Assembly (NCBI GenBank): GCA_048939465.1
Contig: JBHLPL010000063.1
Span: 1 to 11,574 of the forward strand
From: Promethearchaeota archaeon
GTDB lineage: Archaea > Asgardarchaeota > Odinarchaeia > Odinarchaeales > JBHLKK01
DNA: 11,574 nucleotides
Direction of reading: 5' to 3'
In this document: one piece after another, positions 7,761 through 11,574 of the stretch
Numbering within the stretch: position 1 is the first letter of the stretch
Layout of the letters: each line of letters starts with the position of its first letter
Translations under genes and position numbers: made by a program
The notes under the pieces: model-generated
What the model saw: only the letters and a program-made list of their open reading frames with translations
What the model was told of the DNA's origin: nothing
Databases searched by the model: none

Positions 7761-8319
7761 AATTGCCGGAGCAAGTCTAATCGGAGTAATTGTACTGATT
7801 GTTTTAATGCCGCTTTCTCTTATGCTGGGGATCATTGGAGATATTGTGGCTTCTATCTTCGCAGGTTGTGCCGCAGGTTTCATAATGAATAATCCAGAAG
7901 GAGGAGCCTTAGCAAGCTGTTTCGTGGCACCCATCTGCGCAGGAATAGTGGCCTTTGTTGTTACGCTGGTTGGATTTGCAACTATTGGTCCGCTGTTCGG
8001 GCTATACGCAGGAGCAGCGAGTTTCTTTGATCTTCTAATCGCTTTTGTGCCGATCTGGCTCTGCTCAATGCTTGGCGGCCTAGCCGGTGGGATAATGAGT
8101 GCAGAAAAAGATGGAGAAGGACTGAGAATTGGTCCACGACTTCGAGAACGTGCAGGTCCCAGATTCGATGAGCCGGACGAAGGACCCAGGGTTCCTGCCG
8201 ATACTGAGTCAAGAATCAGAGAACCACCAGTAGATTTCGTAATATGTCCCAACTGCAATACAAAGGCCCCTTCTGACGCCATTTTTTGTCCGGAATGTGG
8301 TGCCCACATATCCGAATGA
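7747..8319 (+). CDS. multi-pass membrane protein with C-terminal zinc ribbon
   Basis: About 4 Gly-rich TM segments, a charged Pro-rich linker and CPNCNTKAPSDAIFCPECG. SD GGAGGT at 7731-7736 fits ATG 7747 better than GTG 7738. Confidence 0.75.
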   Translation: MGAGRIAGASLIGVIVLIVLMPLSLMLGIIGDIVASIFAGCAAGFIMNNPEGGALASCFVAPICAGIVAFVVTLVGFATIGPLFGLYAGAASFFDLLIAFVPIWLCSMLGGLAGGIMSAEKDGEGLRIGPRLRERAGPRFDEPDEGPRVPADTESRIREPPVDFVICPNCNTKAPSDAIFCPECGAHISE

Positions 8320-8494
8320 AGATCATTGAGAATCCTCCGACGAATCTGCGTTCTGCCACTGGAGCAACTGAGATTGCTGCAGGAAGATTAAGCGGATCCG
8401 CTGTGTCCGTGAAATTCCGATCTGCTTGGGGCCGGTCACAGAAATCGACCCTTATGTACCGTAACCACAGTACGATAATTCTGCCAAGGTTTTG

Positions 8495-8508
8495 AGGTAA
8501 GTTTATAA
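8495..8508 (+). promoter_or_regulatory. putative archaeal TATA promoter of the CxxC-x17-CxxC gene
   Basis: AGGTAAG-TTTATAA (TATA 8502-8508). Predicted TSS about 8531-8533. Confidence 0.55.
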
Positions 8509-8601
8509 GGCGACTCGCTAATTATTTGAGTACACGAGAATTCTAGAATTCACTCAGAATCCTAATTCTTCGTTAATTTACGATGTGGAGGTGTAAGTCG
8601 C

Positions 8602-8742
8602 TTGTCTTATAGAGGGTCCAGAACTATGTACAAGGCAGTCTGTTCTGAATGCGGTCAAGACTGTGAAGTCCCATTCAAGCCAGATCCCAGCAGACCAGTC
8701 TACTGTCGAGACTGCTGGAGCAAAAAGAGAAACAGATATTAG
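8602..8742 (+). CDS. CxxC-x17-CxxC domain small protein (candidate zinc finger, TIGR04272-like), 46 aa
   Basis: Below the track cutoff. Reads MSYRGSRTMYKAVCSECGQDCEVPFKPDPSRPVYCRDCWSKKRNRY*, with exactly 17 residues between the CxxC pairs. Strong SD GGAGGTG (8587-8593) before TTG 8602; in-frame ATG at 8626. Confidence 0.88.
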   Translation: MSYRGSRTMYKAVCSECGQDCEVPFKPDPSRPVYCRDCWSKKRNRY

Positions 8743-8774
8743 TCATCATTTCAGATCATCCGTTTCTTAAATCG

Positions 8775-8813
8775 TTTTTTGTTTTTCTCGAACATCTTCT
8801 TTTTTTCTTTTTT
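8775..8813 (+). terminator. archaeal-type oligo-T terminator region
   Basis: Several T5-T7 runs (TTTTTTGTTTTT...TTTTTTTCTTTTTT) starting about 30 nt after the CxxC-x17-CxxC stop, between convergent genes. Confidence 0.5.
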
Positions 8814-8887
8814 GGGTTCCTTCATTTGAATCAATTTGGATTCAGTATCTGTTATGTCACGTTGGGTATTCTTCTCCTTGTCTCTCG

Positions 8888-9637
8888 TCACTTTTCTGCA
8901 ACAGCTACTAGCCTTTTAGCCATATGATCGTAAGCGGAGCCTGAAAGATCGCCATATATTCTTACCATGCTAAAACCGCTTCTTTCCAATGCAGCTAGTA
9001 GTTCTGAAGCCGAATAGAGTCGATGTGAGACCAGGAAATCCTTCCTGTTTTCCCCCTTGATTATGATCCAGCGGCTTTCTAACCAACTCCAGTTCCTCTT
9101 GACCTTCCGTTCCTCCAGAATGATGATTCCATCCCTTTCATACCAACCCCTTTCTCGGAAAACCCGTGCTAATTCCTCTTTCCCTCTCGTTTCCAATACT
9201 AATACTCCACCCTTCTTAAGCGAGCGAAAGATATTGACCAAGACCTGAATATCGTCTGACGGGTTTTTGAAATAGCCAAAAGTCGTGAACATGCTTATCG
9301 CACCATCAAAAGCATCAGGTCTGCAGAAACTTCTTATGTCATCTTCTACGAAGTCAACAATCAGGTCCTCAGACTTCGCTTGCTTTCTTGCTTTTTCCAA
9401 GTAGGCAGCCGTTCTGTCGACTCCGGTAACGCGAAAGCTTCTTCTGGCCAATTCCAATGAGTGCCTTCCAACGCCGCAACCTAAATCGAGAATCGCAGCT
9501 CCGGGCCTAACCTTCATAAAACTTAATACTTGATCAGTCTCGGTTGGTGTGGCAGCCCAGCGCTGTTCATCGAACATTATGGGTTCTGCCCATTCCCAAA
9601 ACTCATCATCTTCGTACCATTCTCTCTCTCTGCTCAT
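8888..9637 (-). CDS. class I SAM-dependent methyltransferase
   Basis: Motif I ILDLGCGVGRHS, 'VTGVDRT', 'FDGAISMFTTFGYF' and 'LKKGGVLVLE'. SD GGAGG upstream of ATG 9637. Confidence 0.92.
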   Translation of the reverse strand: MSREREWYEDDEFWEWAEPIMFDEQRWAATPTETDQVLSFMKVRPGAAILDLGCGVGRHSLELARRSFRVTGVDRTAAYLEKARKQAKSEDLIVDFVEDDIRSFCRPDAFDGAISMFTTFGYFKNPSDDIQVLVNIFRSLKKGGVLVLETRGKEELARVFRERGWYERDGIIILEERKVKRNWSWLESRWIIIKGENRKDFLVSHRLYSASELLAALERSGFSMVRIYGDLSGSAYDHMAKRLVAVAEK

Positions 9638-9790
9638 ATCATATCCTCCGAGGAAACCTATAAAAAGTGAGAGTCATCTTTTGAGGCTTAATTAAGTATG
9701 ACTGCCCAATAATAAAAGATACTGTAATTGGCCGCAGAGAAGTCATTTTTGCGGAAAGGCCAGCAAAATAAGAACAACGGGTGAGGCAGT

Positions 9791-11023
9791 ATTAACTCAA
9801 TAGCGAAGATCAACGGAGGCACAGGCGAAAGGAAGCTATATCTTGATAGGAATCTTCAGATTATTTTCGGAGTCACACTTATGGCTATCCTCGGAGTTGC
9901 CAGTATTGCTCCTGCACTTCCGGAAATAAGAGACGCTTTTGGAATAAGTGACCAAACAGTAGGACTGCTAATCACCTTTTTCACACTTCCAGGTGTTATA
10001 CTGACCCCCGTCCTCGGAATCCTAGCCGATCGGTATGGCAGGAAGAAGATACTGGTGCCTTCCCTTCTTCTGTTTGGTATTGCTGGCGGAGCTTGTGCTT
10101 CTGCTACTGACCTAGCAGTTCTGTTGGTATTTCGATTCTTTCAAGGAATCGGAGCTGCCTCCTTGGGAGTACTAAATGTTACGATTATTGCTGATCTCTA
10201 TTCTGGCAAGGAAAGAATTATGGCCATGGGATACAATGTAAGCATTCAGGGTGTAGGGACAGGAAGCTGGCCGCTGATCGGAGGATTTTTGGGAGATTTG
10301 GGCTGGCCCTTTCCTTTTTTGCTTCCGCTGGCTGCTATTCCTATTGGTTTAATTGTCTTATTCTCACTCAAGAATCCTGAGCCAAAGATTGAGAAGAGCG
10401 TGAAGGAGTATTTTGACGGCATTTGGAAGATAATAAGAGAATATCAAGTGCTTATACTCCTTGTTGCTGCCATCATTAATTTCTTCCTTATTTATGGAGT
10501 GCTCATAACCTACTTCCAGTTCTACCTAGAAGGGTCATTTGGGGTAGACGTAAGAATAAGGGCCATAATTCTTGCAGCAGTCTCCTATATCTCTGCTCTG
10601 GTTTCTTCTCAGATTGAGGTCTTTACTAGGAGATTCGCCAAATGGAGGCTCGTAAAGATGTCATACGTTCTCTTTGCCCTTGCGCTAACTATTATTCCAT
10701 TTGCTACCAATATCTGGCTCATTTCTATCCCGATCTTGATATTCGGATTCGCCATGGGCATTCTTATGCCCATCATTGTGGACATTCTGACGGGATATGC
10801 CCCCACTAAGCAACGGGCCGGGGTCATGTACGTCTACGGAATGACTCTACGACTGGGGCAGTCTTTGGGACCGGTTGTAATGTCGCTATTCTTCATATTG
10901 GGGGGAATTACTCTTGTTTTCTTTGCCGGAGCTTGTTTTTCGATAGCCATGTTTGCGGTACTGTCTTTGACAGTACGAAGAAACAGCAACTCTGACCCGG
11001 GGAACCGCAAAACCATTAAATAA
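9791..11023 (+). CDS. MFS transporter (drug:H+ antiporter-like)
   Basis: MFS motif A GILADRYGRKK, 'RFFQGIG' and 'GPVV' in about 12 TM segments. The first ATG is 9881, but the frame is open back to TGA 9782 and TM1 appears to begin upstream of the ATG. Start tentatively placed at ATT 9791 behind SD GGGTGAGG. Function confidence is high; start confidence is moderate. Confidence 0.85.
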   Translation: MNSIAKINGGTGERKLYLDRNLQIIFGVTLMAILGVASIAPALPEIRDAFGISDQTVGLLITFFTLPGVILTPVLGILADRYGRKKILVPSLLLFGIAGGACASATDLAVLLVFRFFQGIGAASLGVLNVTIIADLYSGKERIMAMGYNVSIQGVGTGSWPLIGGFLGDLGWPFPFLLPLAAIPIGLIVLFSLKNPEPKIEKSVKEYFDGIWKIIREYQVLILLVAAIINFFLIYGVLITYFQFYLEGSFGVDVRIRAIILAAVSYISALVSSQIEVFTRRFAKWRLVKMSYVLFALALTIIPFATNIWLISIPILIFGFAMGILMPIIVDILTGYAPTKQRAGVMYVYGMTLRLGQSLGPVVMSLFFILGGITLVFFAGACFSIAMFAVLSLTVRRNSNSDPGNRKTIK

Positions 11024-11068
11024 CCAAAACACTATATTCAATAGTCAAAAAGGTAGGGGAGGGAATCT

Positions 11069-11574
11069 ATGGCTGAGGGTAAAAGAAGGACTGCTGGTAT
11101 ATATGTCATTACCATTCTACTGCTGGTGGCAGCTTTTATCTGGTTCGTGGACGGCCTTATACACCTCAATATCGTCGAGATGTCAGGACTGGAAGTTCTT
11201 TTTGGAGCTATCTTTCTTGGAATTCGCTATATCTTTCTGCTGCTTCTGGGGGCTACTCTTACAGTAGAGTTTTTCACGATGATGGGCTATATAATGCTGG
11301 TCTGGGGAGTACTTAACGCGCTAATGGCGTTCTTATTGATATCGACCATGAGCAACTGGGCAAGGATGGCAACACTCGGGGTTGGAGTAATTGGACTTAT
11401 AACCGCGGTTATATCACTAGGTGTATTCGCGGGGATACTAGAGTTAATCACAGTTGTTTACCTATCTGGCAGTGAACATCTTAATTGGGTTTTAACCAGA
11501 ATTACTTTAGCAGGGGCACTCTTTTTAGGATTAGTTGCGGTTTTGCCTTCGTTAGCGCAAAATGTAACTGAAGC
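11069..11574 (+). CDS. uncharacterised multi-pass membrane protein, 3'-truncated by window edge
   Basis: Not in the track because it has no stop. ATG 11069 with SD GGGGAGGG. Reads MAEGKRRTAGIYVITILLLVAAFIWFVDGLIHL...AGILELITVVYLSG and stays open to the window end, with several hydrophobic helices. Confidence 0.75.
   Translation, partial: MAEGKRRTAGIYVITILLLVAAFIWFVDGLIHLNIVEMSGLEVLFGAIFLGIRYIFLLLLGATLTVEFFTMMGYIMLVWGVLNALMAFLLISTMSNWARMATLGVGVIGLITAVISLGVFAGILELITVVYLSGSEHLNWVLTRITLAGALFLGLVAVLPSLAQNVTE
11471..11574 (+). other. secY: segment resembling bacterial SecY TM9, in frame at the end of the last ORF
   Basis: SEHLNWVLTRITLAGALFLGLVAVLPSLAQNVTE matches the bacterial SecY pattern 'T..YL..VLTRITL.GALFLG.IAVLP' from memory; not verified by search. 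Confidence 0.55.

Noticed and set aside
7713-8309. 198-aa - strand ORF
   Set aside because: Antisense shadow of the zinc-ribbon membrane gene, with no SD or recognisable motif.
8286-8495. 69-aa + ORF (or 59 aa from ATG 8316 overlapping the upstream TGA)
   Set aside because: The ATGA overlap is suggestive, but there is no recognisable motif, the composition is unremarkable and it ends at the next promoter. Cannot be supported without homology or expression data.
9621-9632. (TC)n microsatellite
   Set aside because: It simply encodes the SRERE N-terminus of the methyltransferase and is too short to imply phase variation.
6448-11016. Other short nested ORFs (6448-6723, 6528-6794, 7000-7188, 7379-7588, 7451-7675, 7982-8212, 9057-9248, 10609-10827, 10834-11016)
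   Set aside because: Alternative-frame or antisense shadows of better-supported genes.
1-11574. CRISPR arrays, tRNA/rRNA, IS elements or integrases
   Set aside because: No regularly spaced repeats, cloverleaf or rRNA signatures, transposase motifs or terminal inverted repeats were seen by eye.

Overview
This is most likely archaeal DNA (Asgard- or Bathyarchaeia-like). The evidence is GGAGGTGA-type Shine-Dalgarno sites, BRE/TATA promoters, oligo-T tracts, AGA/AGG arginine usage and membrane proteins with zinc-ribbon tails. The first 5.6 kb is a tightly packed + strand operon with gaps of 4-19 bp. It encodes two tandem GlcD/VAO-family FAD-linked oxidoreductases (the first truncated by the window edge), a polyprenyl-diphosphate synthase with a long-chain signature, a GlcF/HdrD-like 2x[4Fe-4S]+CCG protein, an atypical UbiA-superfamily prenyltransferase and a Cys-poor ArsA/Get3-family ATPase. 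I infer that this could be a system that makes, traffics and uses a prenylated membrane redox cofactor. Downstream are several small or membrane Cys-motif genes: two zinc-ribbon-tailed membrane proteins, a TIGR04076-like protein, a DUF2085-like protein, and a 46-aa CxxC-x17-CxxC gene absent from the ORF track. These are followed by a - strand class I SAM methyltransferase and a divergent MFS transporter whose true start appears to be a non-canonical ATT. The window ends in a partial membrane-protein ORF whose last ~100 bp read like bacterial SecY TM9, a possible assembly chimera. I saw no rRNA, tRNA, CRISPR array or mobile element. All family calls come from motif recognition, not database searches.
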